In this document: positions 1-9,117 of the stretch, piece by piece
Layout of the letters: each line of letters starts with the position of its first letter
Numbering within the stretch: the stretch's first letter is position 1
Assembly: GCA_964400365.1 (NCBI GenBank)
Contig: CAYNTZ010000002.1
Location: 1-34,836, forward strand
Source of the DNA: an uncultured Planctomycetales bacterium
GTDB taxonomy: Bacteria > Omnitrophota > Gorgyraeia > Zapsychrales > Fredricksoniimonadaceae
Length of the DNA: 34,836 nucleotides
Direction of reading: 5' to 3'
Program-made: the position numbers and the translations under genes
Notes under the pieces: generated by a model
Databases searched by the model: none
What the model was told of the DNA's origin: nothing
Seen by the model: the letters and a program-made list of their open reading frames with translations, nothing else

Positions 1-650
1 TTAAGGTTGAAGCAGATAAGATTCAGGAAGAGGTTCAACACGCTGTTGACCAAGAACAGGCAAAAGCAGAAGATAAAACTGAGAACAATGCTGAAGGCAA
101 TCCTGAAGATAAGTCCGAAGGCCAAGCGGCTGAGCCTCAAGATGATATTGCCCAAGGTGAAGATGCGCCAATGCTAGAAGGCGAAGATCCTGTGGCAGGG
201 GAAGAGCAGGTTGGGCCAGAAAATGACATGCAAGACATACAAGCTGATGATTTAAGCAAAGATATGCGGGGTGATTTGGATGAAGGCGTTCAAGAAGCCG
301 TTCAGGAAGACTTAAAAGAAGATGTTCAAGACGGCATCCAAGAAGAAATCCAAGAAAATGTCCATGAGAATATCGCCGAAGGGGTAGAGGAAGGGATTGA
401 AGAAGGCATCCAGGATAGTATTAAAGATAGCGTGCAAGAATCAATCCAAGAAGACATTCAAGAGGGTATTCAGGAAGGGATTCAAGAGGGCATTGAAGAA
501 GATATCAAGGAAGGGGTAAGAGAAGATGTGAAAGATTCGTTGCACGACACCATTCGAGAAGAAATAAGAACAGACATCAAGGATAATACAAAGATTATTT
601 CTGGTTCGGGTTCTTCAGGCAGTGGTGGTGCGGCTGGTGGGGGCATGTAA
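1..650 (+). CDS. Polyanionic tetrapeptide-repeat protein, 5'-truncated by the window edge
   Basis: Frame 3 is open from nt 3 to the TAA at 648-650, so the ATG at 171 in the ORF track is probably internal. The translation is D/E/Q-rich with a strict 4-residue period (I/V every 4th residue, e.g. EGIQEGIQEGIEEDIKEGVREDVKDSLHDTIREEIRTDIK) and a Gly/Ser tail. The stop overlaps the next start (TAATG). Confidence 0.6.
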   Translation, partial: KVEADKIQEEVQHAVDQEQAKAEDKTENNAEGNPEDKSEGQAAEPQDDIAQGEDAPMLEGEDPVAGEEQVGPENDMQDIQADDLSKDMRGDLDEGVQEAVQEDLKEDVQDGIQEEIQENVHENIAEGVEEGIEEGIQDSIKDSVQESIQEDIQEGIQEGIQEGIEEDIKEGVREDVKDSLHDTIREEIRTDIKDNTKIISGSGSSGSGGAAGGGM

Positions 651-1651
651 TGCATGTGATTGTTTTATCATTCTTGTTTAGTTTTGTGAGCTTGCCTGTT
701 TGGGCGCAATTAGCCCCGCAAGAGCAAACAGAGGAAGCTGGTATTGCCCAGTTAGAGAGGGAAGTTGTCCAGGTCAAAAAGAATAAATCCATTAATTCCA
801 GCATTGAGGTCAGCACGGCTTTTGATACTAATGCGCAATTTGGGGGTTTGCGCAAAGGGGATATTTACCAGCAGATTCTATATTCGGCTTCTTTCTTGAC
901 GGATGCCGGTGATAATAATTTCATATCAGTGAATTATGACGTCAATGCCTTGCAATATAATGAGTTAACGGATATCTCTAACCTGCTTAATCACCTGCGG
1001 CTTGGTTTTTATCGTGCAGTGACCCAATCATTAGTTGTTGGGGTTGGTTTAGATGAATCATTTGTTTATTTTCCCAACAATAGCAATGGGGCTTTTTATT
1101 TTCATAAAGGCTTTGCCTACCTTAAGCACCAATTAACGCCTGCCTTATCCCATCAGATTCAATTTGAGCGGGGATTAAAGGATTATGCTAGGGCCAAGCC
1201 CTATGCGGATACAAGCAGCGACTATCAGGATAAGGAACGTCAAGATATGCGTCAAAGCGTGGAGTATTCAATGACCAATAGGTTTAATAATAAAGTGAAG
1301 GGGCGGTTGCGTGGCAAATACACCAGCAATGATGGGAATGCCCAATTCCAAGATTACTATGATTATTATAGCGTTGATTTGGGCCCCAAGCTTTATTATC
1401 AAGTAGCACCTAGGTGGTTGTTATCCTCTGCTTTTAATTATAATTTTAAGAAATATAAAAATCGTTTAAGCACGACCCAGGATAGTGAACAAAAAGATCA
1501 TGCGTATGAAGTCGATTTAGATGTGGATTATCAAATAAGTACGGCTAATAGCGTTGGCCTTTCCTACTCTTATGCAAATACAATATCTAACGATGGTGGA
1601 TCAGAATATTCAAACAATACGGTGAAATTGTCACTCCGGCATGATTTCTAA
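650..1651 (+). CDS. Outer-membrane beta-barrel protein (family not recognised)
   Basis: It has a signal peptide (MHVIVLSFLFSFVSLPVWAQ), Tyr/Asn/Ser-rich alternating strands and a C-terminal aromatic residue (..LSLRHDF), as in BAM-inserted barrels. It is translationally coupled on both sides. Confidence 0.6.
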   Translation: MHVIVLSFLFSFVSLPVWAQLAPQEQTEEAGIAQLEREVVQVKKNKSINSSIEVSTAFDTNAQFGGLRKGDIYQQILYSASFLTDAGDNNFISVNYDVNALQYNELTDISNLLNHLRLGFYRAVTQSLVVGVGLDESFVYFPNNSNGAFYFHKGFAYLKHQLTPALSHQIQFERGLKDYARAKPYADTSSDYQDKERQDMRQSVEYSMTNRFNNKVKGRLRGKYTSNDGNAQFQDYYDYYSVDLGPKLYYQVAPRWLLSSAFNYNFKKYKNRLSTTQDSEQKDHAYEVDLDVDYQISTANSVGLSYSYANTISNDGGSEYSNNTVKLSLRHDF

Positions 1652-3449
1652 AAGAAATATCCTTATCGTTGTAGCTGTAGGATTGGTTGCCTTACTAAGC
1701 AGCCTTCCTTTTGTGCGTCAGTTGGAGCATTTGTCGTATGATGCTCTTTTGCGGTGGCGTCCTGCCCAAATAGTAGATGATCGTATTGTTATTATTGCTA
1801 TTGATGATACGAGTCTGGAGGCTTTAGGTGTATGGCCTTTGCCACGTGATTATCATGCCAGCCTTGTTGATGTGCTGACTTCTTTTAAAGTAAAGAATAT
1901 CGTTTTCGACCTGCTTTTTAGTGAACCCTCAGGTAGTGATGAGATATTAGCAGAGAGCTTGCGTAAGGCAGGAAATGTCTTCTTGCCGCAAGCATACGCT
2001 ATTGAGGAAAATAGTTCAGTCGAAATCACGCCTGTTCTTAAAGGAGCCATCAAGAGTGCCGGGCATATCAATGTTTTACCTGAAGCAGATGGTAAGGCCC
2101 GTCGCATACCATTGAAGATCAGGGATCAGTGGCCGGTTTCTTTATTAATTGCAGCAGACGCCCTAGGGACATCGCCGGAGATTTTATCGCAACATCAACC
2201 CCCTGAAATCTTGGTTAATTACCCAGGCACATGGGAGAAGTCTTTTAAGGTGATCTCTTACGCTGGTTTATTGAGGGATTTTGCGTTGTATCAAGAAAGC
2301 GGCAAGGCTTCAGATACGTTACGGCAATTAGAGGGAAAGACCTGCCTGATTGGTTTAACAGCAACAGGCACAAGTGATTTTGGGCCAATGCCCTTAGAGC
2401 CTCATTATCCTAAGGTTGGTTTACAAGCGAGCGTAGTTAATAGTTTCTTGACGGGGCATTTTATTCAGGGACTGCCAGCATGGGTTAATGCCGCCTTATC
2501 AGGATTAGCAGTATTATTAGGTTTATGGATTGGCGGAACGCTTACGTCGTTCCTAGGTTTTGGCGTGGTCTTGTTGGTTGCTGTGCTTTATATGGTTACC
2601 GCATGGGTTAGCATATCCTTAGGCCTTTGGGTTTATATGATATGGCCGTTGTTTTCTTTAGGGGCAGGGTATTTAGTAGTGATGAGCTATCGGTTAATCA
2701 GTGAGGAGCGTGAACGCTTACTTTTAGAAAAAGAATTAGATGTGGCACGGCGCATCCAGCAAAGTTTCTTGCCTAAGAATAAGTTGGACATAGAAGGGGT
2801 ATCGGTAGTGTCATTTTTCCGTCCGGCAAAGTTTGTGGCGGGGGATTTATACGATATTTGGAAAATAGATGAACATCGGGTGGGTGTCTTTGTAGGTGAT
2901 GTGTCGGGCAAGGGGGTGTCTGCTGCCTTGGTGATGGCGGAGGCCATTTCAGTATTGCGCACCTTGGCCGCAGAGAAATTAGAATGCCACCAATTGCTTA
3001 GCCGTCTCAACAAACAATTGCATGGCCGCATGGGAGGCCGTTTTGTAACCGCATTGTTTTTTATTATAGATACATTGGCAAAAAAAGTATATGCTGTTTC
3101 CGCTGGGCATGGGCCACTATTGATTCTGCGTGCCGCAGGGCAAGAGACAATTGACCTACCCCTTAAGGGCCAAGTTCCCTTAGGGTTAATGGCAGATGTT
3201 CCTTATGAAACAGTAAGCGCAGAGCTTAAAGCGGGGGATCGGATTATCGTATTTAGCGACGGTTTGCCTGAGGCGCGTAATAAAAATGGTGAAGAGTTTG
3301 GCAGTGATCAGGTCTTGGCTCTAATTAATGGCCAAGGGGGGCGTGCTGCTGAAGTATTGGCAAGGCTAGAAGGGGCTGTGGAAGCTTTTTCAACAACACA
3401 AGCCCACGATGATATTACAATAGTAGTGGCGGGTTTACAGGGAGATTAA
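1641..3449 (+). CDS. CHASE2 sensor domain / PP2C (SpoIIE, RsbU-like) serine phosphatase
   Basis: An N-terminal TM helix is followed by a CHASE2-like periplasmic region (IVIIAIDDTSLEALGVWPLPRDYH) and a block of TM helices. PP2C/SpoIIE motifs follow: ARRIQQSFLP, GDLYD, VGDVSGKGVSAAL, FSDGLPEA, HDDITIVV. Confidence 0.85.
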   Translation: MISKRNILIVVAVGLVALLSSLPFVRQLEHLSYDALLRWRPAQIVDDRIVIIAIDDTSLEALGVWPLPRDYHASLVDVLTSFKVKNIVFDLLFSEPSGSDEILAESLRKAGNVFLPQAYAIEENSSVEITPVLKGAIKSAGHINVLPEADGKARRIPLKIRDQWPVSLLIAADALGTSPEILSQHQPPEILVNYPGTWEKSFKVISYAGLLRDFALYQESGKASDTLRQLEGKTCLIGLTATGTSDFGPMPLEPHYPKVGLQASVVNSFLTGHFIQGLPAWVNAALSGLAVLLGLWIGGTLTSFLGFGVVLLVAVLYMVTAWVSISLGLWVYMIWPLFSLGAGYLVVMSYRLISEERERLLLEKELDVARRIQQSFLPKNKLDIEGVSVVSFFRPAKFVAGDLYDIWKIDEHRVGVFVGDVSGKGVSAALVMAEAISVLRTLAAEKLECHQLLSRLNKQLHGRMGGRFVTALFFIIDTLAKKVYAVSAGHGPLLILRAAGQETIDLPLKGQVPLGLMADVPYETVSAELKAGDRIIVFSDGLPEARNKNGEEFGSDQVLALINGQGGRAAEVLARLEGAVEAFSTTQAHDDITIVVAGLQGD

Positions 3450-3450
3450 T

Positions 3451-3795
3451 ATGGATTCGGATATGTTAAAGATTGAACAGCGGGAAAAAGCAACGGTGGT
3501 GCGCCTTAAGATTAATAATGTTATTCATGATGATAATGAGCAAATGGTAAAAGCTTTTGACGATTTACTTAATGCGGGGCACGTGCGTGTGGTGCTTGAT
3601 TTAACAGAGACTAATTATGTCTCGTCATTAATATTAGCGTCCTTAGTTTATGTGCAACAACAGGCCAAGGTTAAAGGTGGCAATTTCATCCTTTGTGGTG
3701 TTAAGGCCCGTGTTAAAGAAATCTTGGTCATGACTAATTTAGACAAGATCTTCCAAATTAAAGAAACCGTGGATGAGGGTGTAAAAAGCTTATGA
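3451..3795 (+). CDS. STAS-domain anti-sigma-factor antagonist (SpoIIAA/RsbV-like), copy 1
   Basis: This 114-aa protein carries VVLDLTETNYVSSLILASL with the conserved phosphorylatable-Ser position. A GGGAG RBS precedes the start, which lies 1 nt after the phosphatase stop. Confidence 0.8.
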   Translation: MDSDMLKIEQREKATVVRLKINNVIHDDNEQMVKAFDDLLNAGHVRVVLDLTETNYVSSLILASLVYVQQQAKVKGGNFILCGVKARVKEILVMTNLDKIFQIKETVDEGVKSL

Positions 3796-4160
3796 TGTTT
3801 CAAGTAAAGATTGCCCAGCGTGATCCGGGGGTTTATACCGTTGCTGTTTATGGTGCGCTTGATGCTGAAACCCATGAGAAATTCATTAGGGACTTAAACC
3901 CTCTTTTTATGAAAACTTTTAAAGTCGTTATTCTGGATTTAGGCGGGGTTAATTATGTGAGCAGTTTGGGGATAGGGGCTGTTTTTAAGGTAACGCAGAT
4001 GGCTAAGGCAAGGGGAGCTACTGCTGTGTTGACAAATTTACAGCCTAAGATACAGAAGGTCTTTGATATTGTCAAAGCCCTTCCTGGGGCTATTTTTAAG
4101 AATATTGCAGAGGCTGATGAATATATTGATAGCTTACAGAAGACCCCTCCAGCGCGTTAA
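3792..4160 (+). CDS. STAS-domain anti-sigma-factor antagonist, copy 2
   Basis: This 122-aa protein carries VILDLGGVNYVSSLGIGAVF. Its start overlaps the previous stop (ATGA). Confidence 0.8.
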   Translation: MMFQVKIAQRDPGVYTVAVYGALDAETHEKFIRDLNPLFMKTFKVVILDLGGVNYVSSLGIGAVFKVTQMAKARGATAVLTNLQPKIQKVFDIVKALPGAIFKNIAEADEYIDSLQKTPPAR

Positions 4161-4163
4161 TTA

Positions 4164-4727
4164 ATGGATATGAAAACACGTTGCGGCTGGTGTACCAGCG
4201 ATTTGATTTATATTGAATACCACGACAAGGAGTGGGGGCGTCCGGTGCATGATGACCGCCTGCTTTTTGAATTCTTAATCCTCGAAGGGGCCCAGGCTGG
4301 TTTAAGCTGGCTGACTGTCTTAAAGAAGCGGAATAATTATCGTAAGGCCTTTGATAATTTTGACCCGCTTAAGGTCGCACAGTATGATGCCAAGAAGGTG
4401 AAGGAGCTGCTTAATAATGAAGGCATTATCCGCAACCGTTTGAAGATTGCTTCGGCCATTGGTAATGCCAAGGCGTTTCTAAAAGTGCAGGAAGAATTTG
4501 GCAGCTTTGATAAATACATTTGGCAGTTTGTTGGCAACAAAACGGTTAAGAATAAGTATAAACATTATAAAGAATTGCCTCCCCGCACCGAGCAAAGTGA
4601 TGCCATGAGTAAGGATTTAAAGCGCCGCGGTTTTAATTTTGTTGGCTCCACCATCTGTTATGCTTTTATGCAAGCCACCGGCATGGTCAACGACCACACC
4701 CTAGACTGCTTTTGTCGCAAGCCCTGA
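4164..4727 (+). CDS. tag: DNA-3-methyladenine glycosylase I
   Basis: The motif set CGWC..YHDKEWGRPV..LILEGAQAGLSWLTVLKKR is diagnostic of Tag, and the size fits (187 aa). Confidence 0.9.
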   Translation: MDMKTRCGWCTSDLIYIEYHDKEWGRPVHDDRLLFEFLILEGAQAGLSWLTVLKKRNNYRKAFDNFDPLKVAQYDAKKVKELLNNEGIIRNRLKIASAIGNAKAFLKVQEEFGSFDKYIWQFVGNKTVKNKYKHYKELPPRTEQSDAMSKDLKRRGFNFVGSTICYAFMQATGMVNDHTLDCFCRKP

Positions 4728-4742
4728 CCCCTCATCAAAAAT

Positions 4743-4771
4743 TTGCTTTAAATTTCCTTTAGGCGTATACT
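4743..4771 (+). promoter_or_regulatory. Candidate sigma70-type promoter for the two-component operon
   Basis: TTGCTT, a 17-nt spacer and TATACT lie in the only sizeable gap of this gene string. An AAGGAGG RBS sits at 4799-4805. Confidence 0.3.
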
Positions 4772-4812
4772 GACTTTGAGCGTTAAAGTTTCGGCTCAAA
4801 GGAGGTTGCCTG

Positions 4813-5547
4813 ATGGCATACCAGATTTTGATTGTCGATGACGACCCGCAATTCCGTGATGAGCTTTCCTGCTGCCTGGACGATTATAAGGTGACAGAAG
4901 CTTCCAACGGTGAAATAGCCCTGCAATTAATTCAGCGTCCCAATGCTTTTGATTTGGTTATTCTTGATGTCATCATGCCAGGCCTACACGGCACCGACGT
5001 CTTAAAAGAAATCAAACGCATCAAACCTAAATTACCCGTTATCATCCTAACTGGCCGTTCCTGCAAAGATTTTGCCATCGAAGCCTTAAAGGCGCACGCG
5101 GACGATTACATTGAGAAACCATTCCACGTGGAAAAGTTCTTAAGTATCGTCCGTAAGGTGTTGGCGGATAAAGCGGCTGTTTCCCAATTGCATGGGCAGG
5201 GTATTGCCGGCAAGGTGGCTCAAGCCAAGGAATTTATTGAACGCAATGCTGACAAAAAGATTACCCTCGAACATGTGGCAGACCAACTCTGTTTAAGCCC
5301 GAAATATTTTAGCCGTATTTTTAAGCAGACGGCCCGGATTGGTTTTAATGAATTTCGCCTAAAGGTGAAAACTAAACATGCTGCCCAATTGCTTACCACA
5401 ACCGCGTATACGGTTAATGAAATAGCAGATCAGTTAGGTTATAAAAATACAGAATCTTTTATCCGCACCTTTAAACAGTTCCTAGGGTATACCCCATCGG
5501 CGTATCGGCTTAAAGCATTAGGCAAAAGGAGCAAGCGCCATGGCTGA
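4813..5547 (+). CDS. Response regulator, REC + AraC-type HTH
   Basis: The receiver domain shows ILIVDDD and the phospho-acceptor context LVILDVIMPG. The C-terminal AraC-family HTH shows LSPKYFSRIFK...GYKNTESFIRTFKQFLGYTPSAYR. Confidence 0.85.
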   Translation: MAYQILIVDDDPQFRDELSCCLDDYKVTEASNGEIALQLIQRPNAFDLVILDVIMPGLHGTDVLKEIKRIKPKLPVIILTGRSCKDFAIEALKAHADDYIEKPFHVEKFLSIVRKVLADKAAVSQLHGQGIAGKVAQAKEFIERNADKKITLEHVADQLCLSPKYFSRIFKQTARIGFNEFRLKVKTKHAAQLLTTTAYTVNEIADQLGYKNTESFIRTFKQFLGYTPSAYRLKALGKRSKRHG

Positions 5548-7603
5548 GCATAAGCGCATGACAGTGCTTTATCAAGCGGGGCTCCTATTGGCGGTGGCTG
5601 CTACCTACTATTTACTAGCGAAGATTAGTTTTATTTTTGATTTTAACCACAGTGGTTTCTCACCGATATGGCTTCCTTTAGGTTTTGGATTAGCGGTTGT
5701 TTTTATGCGCGGGGCATTTTTAAGTATCGGGATTGGGCTGGGGGCCATGCTGGCGCATGCCACGGTTTTTTCTCAAGGTGATTTACATGAACAAATGTGG
5801 TGGTCATTAGCTGCAAGCTTGGGCTTTGTCAATGCCTTGCAGGCGGTGGTTGGGGCAGTTATTTTGACACGATTTCTTAAGAACCCCTACCCCTTATTTA
5901 AGGTCTCGGATGTTTTTGTATTTGTTCTAGCGGCTGGTGTGTCAGCTTCTATCGGGGCGGTGATGGGGACTTCTTTGTCCTGCGCGTATCAAGCAGCCCC
6001 AGTCGAATTTTTTAATTCAATCGTATTTAATTGGTGGTGGGCAGAATTTTCCGGCATTTTGACGGTAGCTCCCTTAGTGTGGATTATGTGCAAGACCACC
6101 TTTAGGATTGGATCTCAGCGGAAGATGATTGAAGGGGCTGGCTGGTTGATTGCCTTGCTTGGCATTGCCTGGCTGATTTTTGGCGGGCAGATAGCTATTA
6201 GCCGTATGAATTTATCCAGCACCTTTCTTTTATTCCCTATTGTCGTATGGTTTACCTACCGATTAGGCCATTGGGCGGCGATGGCCTCAGTGGCGATCGT
6301 GGCGGTTGCGTCAGTGTGGGGTACGGCTAATGGCTATGGGCCTTTTGTCAGCGACGATCCGGATGTGAGCATGTTGTTGTTACGTTTCTTTAACGCGGTG
6401 GTGGCGCTAACGGCCTTGACCTTGGCTGCAGCCTTATATGAACGCCAGCATGCCCAGCAGGAGTTGGAGCGTTCCCACCAGCGTTTTAAGGCGCTTATTG
6501 AAAACAGTTTGGATGCGGTGAAATTATTAAGTGCTGAGGGTTTAATCCTTTATGCGAGTAATTCAGTTGAGCGCCTTATTGGTTATGGCGCTCATGAAAA
6601 TATCGGCCGCAGTATTTTTGAGCTGGTTTATCCGGATGATCGCTTGGCTATGCAGCGGGAATTTGGGCAGGTGTTAAGCCGTCCGGGGGAAATTGTCCGT
6701 GCGCAATGCCGGATGTTATTAAAGGATGGGTCGGTGCGTTGGTTTGAAGGGTCAGGACAGAATTTATTAAATGACCCTGTCATGAAAGCCATTGTCGTTA
6801 ATTTTCGCGATATCACGGAACGCAAGATGGTGGAAGATTTGTTAAAAATGGATAAGGATGCCTTGCAGCATTTACTTGAAGAGCGCAATGAGACCTTGGC
6901 GCAGACCCAAGATGCGTTACGGCAGGCCAACCGGCTGGCGGATATCGGTACCTTAGCCGCGACGGTGGCGCATGAGTTGCGCAATCCATTGGGGGTGATC
7001 CAGATTGCCGCGCATAATTTAAGGCGCAAGAATAAGCAATTGGTTGAGGATCATCACCTGCATCATATTGAGAAGAAAGTCTGGGAAGGAAACCAGATTA
7101 TTGACAATTTGTTGAGTTATTCGCGCATTAAGATGCCTGCTTTTGAGCTTGTTAATGCGGCAGCTATTTTGGATGAATGTGTGCTTAATGCACAGAACCG
7201 GTTTGCGGACCAGGTGATTAATGTCGTGCGTGCCTATGACGCAGCGGATTTGCCGCAGATAGAAGCAGACCAAAACCAGCTAAGGGAGATTTTTACCAAT
7301 GTCTTAAATAATGCCTTCCAAGCGGTGGCAGGCCTATTGGTGGGGCAGGTCGAAGTCACGGCGCAACGATCCAATGGGGCTTGCCAATTTATTATTAGGG
7401 ATAACGGCTGCGGCATTGACCCAGCGGATATCTCTAAGGTGTTTAACCCGTTTTTTACGCGTAAGGCCAAGGGTACGGGGCTGGGGTTATCCATTTGCAG
7501 TGAAATTATTGATTTGCATCATGGGCATATTGACATATCAAGCCAACACGCCAGCGGCACCGCGGTTATCATCACCCTGCCAATCACACAATCACACAGT
7601 TAA
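5540..7603 (+). CDS. Sensor histidine kinase (MASE1-like membrane domain, PAS, HisKA, HATPase)
   Basis: About 8 N-terminal TM helices are followed by a PAS domain. Kinase boxes are present: H-box ATVAHELRNPLG, N-box NVLNNAFQA, G1 IRDNGCGI, G2 GTGLGLSI. It overlaps the regulator gene by 8 nt. Confidence 0.85.
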   Translation: MAEHKRMTVLYQAGLLLAVAATYYLLAKISFIFDFNHSGFSPIWLPLGFGLAVVFMRGAFLSIGIGLGAMLAHATVFSQGDLHEQMWWSLAASLGFVNALQAVVGAVILTRFLKNPYPLFKVSDVFVFVLAAGVSASIGAVMGTSLSCAYQAAPVEFFNSIVFNWWWAEFSGILTVAPLVWIMCKTTFRIGSQRKMIEGAGWLIALLGIAWLIFGGQIAISRMNLSSTFLLFPIVVWFTYRLGHWAAMASVAIVAVASVWGTANGYGPFVSDDPDVSMLLLRFFNAVVALTALTLAAALYERQHAQQELERSHQRFKALIENSLDAVKLLSAEGLILYASNSVERLIGYGAHENIGRSIFELVYPDDRLAMQREFGQVLSRPGEIVRAQCRMLLKDGSVRWFEGSGQNLLNDPVMKAIVVNFRDITERKMVEDLLKMDKDALQHLLEERNETLAQTQDALRQANRLADIGTLAATVAHELRNPLGVIQIAAHNLRRKNKQLVEDHHLHHIEKKVWEGNQIIDNLLSYSRIKMPAFELVNAAAILDECVLNAQNRFADQVINVVRAYDAADLPQIEADQNQLREIFTNVLNNAFQAVAGLLVGQVEVTAQRSNGACQFIIRDNGCGIDPADISKVFNPFFTRKAKGTGLGLSICSEIIDLHHGHIDISSQHASGTAVIITLPITQSHS

Positions 7604-7719
7604 AAAGTAGCGGAAGAAAGTCAATAGAAAGTGGAATCAGCCAATGGTGGTTGAATTTCATTAGGATTAAAATACCTGCAATCATTAATAGTTAGGCGGT
7701 TCTTATCGTGGAGGCCTTT

Positions 7720-9105
7720 ATGCAAGATACCGGAATCTTAAGCCAACAACTAGAGTCTACGCTTAATAAGTTAACGGTAGCTGTCAGGGAAATTGCGGAT
7801 AATGTCATGATTACAGATGTTGATGGGATCATTGAGTATGTTAATCCGGCTTTTGAGAAAACCACCGGATATGGCCAGATGGAAGCGGTAGGGCAAACCC
7901 CGCGGATATTGAATTCCGGCCGGCATCCGGTTGAGTTTTACCGGAAATTATGGAATGTCATCTTATCCGGAGAGCCTTTCCATGCAACCATCATCAATAA
8001 GAGGAAGGATGGCAGCCTTTATTACGCGGATCAAATGATTTCGCCAATTAAGGAAGGGATGGGTGGGCGCATCTCACATTTTGTTTCTGTTTGGCACGAT
8101 ATTACGCCCCACGTCATGTTAGAGCATAAGCTGATTGAATTAAACAGGGAGTTAAGCACGGAGAAGAAGAAATTAGAAGAAGTGTTGCAAGTTGAGTCTG
8201 GCATGGGAAAGTCTTTAAACCTTCATAAAATGATTGATTTTGCTGTCGAGAAAGCGGTTGCCATTATTGAGGCAAAGAAATGCAGTTTCCTGCAGGCGGA
8301 TACGCATTCGGGTGAATTTTGCATTAAAGGGCATTGGGGGATTGATGAAGACAGGATAGGCAATTTGGATTTACGTTTAGGGGATCCAATTGCACGGTTG
8401 ATTGCCGTACATGGTGATGATCCCAAGGGGCTCGAGCAAGGCGAGGGGCGGGTGGGGCAGGCCTACCGTTCTAAGGGTTTTCTAAGCGTCCCTGTCTTTG
8501 CGGGGGAACGCCTTTTTGGGGTGCTTAGCTTATCGAATAAGAATAACCTGCTTCGTGAATTTAGTGATTTGGATTTGCAGGTGCTGCATATGATTGTGCG
8601 GCAATTGGCTGTGGCGGTGGAGAATGCGCGGTTGGCTCGGGAATTGCATTATTGGGAAGCTAAGGATAACAGGCTTAATATTTATAATTACCGCCATTGC
8701 TGCCGGGTGCTTGATTATGAGATTAGCCGGGCTAAGCGTTATGGTGGGCAGTTGTCGATATTAATGGTTAATATTGACGCGTTTCGATTTTATAACGAAG
8801 CCTTAGGTCTTAAGGAAGGAGATAAATTCTTGCAGGACTTTGCGCGGATGTTGGATATTCATTTAAGGGATATTGATACGGTGTGCCGCTATGTGGGGGA
8901 TGAATTTGTGATTATTCTTCCCGGAACGGATGAGCAGCAGGCTAAGATTGTCGCCGGTAAGATTAGCCGTAAGACAAGGGAGATGTCTGTTTCCTACCCA
9001 ATGTCGGTGAGCATTGGTGTGGCGCAATTGGCTTCAGGCATGAGCCGGTATGATTTAGTGCGCAAGGCAGATGGCGCCCTGCGGATGGTTAAAGCACCAC
9101 ATTAA
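7720..9105 (+). CDS. PAS-GAF-GGDEF protein with a VGDEF variant signature
   Basis: The PAS domain shows VNPAFEKTTGY..GQTPRILNSG, followed by a GAF region. The GGDEF domain has I-site RDID and active-site motif RYVGDEF. I chose the ATG at 7720, preceded by GGAGG, over the GTG at 7708 given in the ORF track. Confidence 0.8.
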   Translation: MQDTGILSQQLESTLNKLTVAVREIADNVMITDVDGIIEYVNPAFEKTTGYGQMEAVGQTPRILNSGRHPVEFYRKLWNVILSGEPFHATIINKRKDGSLYYADQMISPIKEGMGGRISHFVSVWHDITPHVMLEHKLIELNRELSTEKKKLEEVLQVESGMGKSLNLHKMIDFAVEKAVAIIEAKKCSFLQADTHSGEFCIKGHWGIDEDRIGNLDLRLGDPIARLIAVHGDDPKGLEQGEGRVGQAYRSKGFLSVPVFAGERLFGVLSLSNKNNLLREFSDLDLQVLHMIVRQLAVAVENARLARELHYWEAKDNRLNIYNYRHCCRVLDYEISRAKRYGGQLSILMVNIDAFRFYNEALGLKEGDKFLQDFARMLDIHLRDIDTVCRYVGDEFVIILPGTDEQQAKIVAGKISRKTREMSVSYPMSVSIGVAQLASGMSRYDLVRKADGALRMVKAPH

Positions 9106-9117
9106 CAAAGGAGGCCT

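Noticed and set aside
171-650. The 12-nt periodicity looks like a non-coding tandem repeat or minisatellite.
   Set aside because: The period sits in an open frame that extends to the window edge. Units differ at synonymous positions while keeping the x-x-I/V-x protein pattern, so it is a coding repeat, not a DNA satellite.
4774-4801. An 8-bp hairpin CTTTGAGC..GCTCAAAG touches the RBS of the response-regulator gene.
   Set aside because: The best promoter candidate would place the TSS inside the left arm, so the hairpin may not exist in the mRNA. The evidence is too weak to call a translational switch.
7311-7610. A 99-aa + strand ORF overlaps the 3' end of the histidine kinase. Antisense ORFs lie at 6628-7494.
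   Set aside because: The kinase frame carries the N, G1 and G2 boxes across this region. The alternatives are Arg/Leu-rich junk frames.
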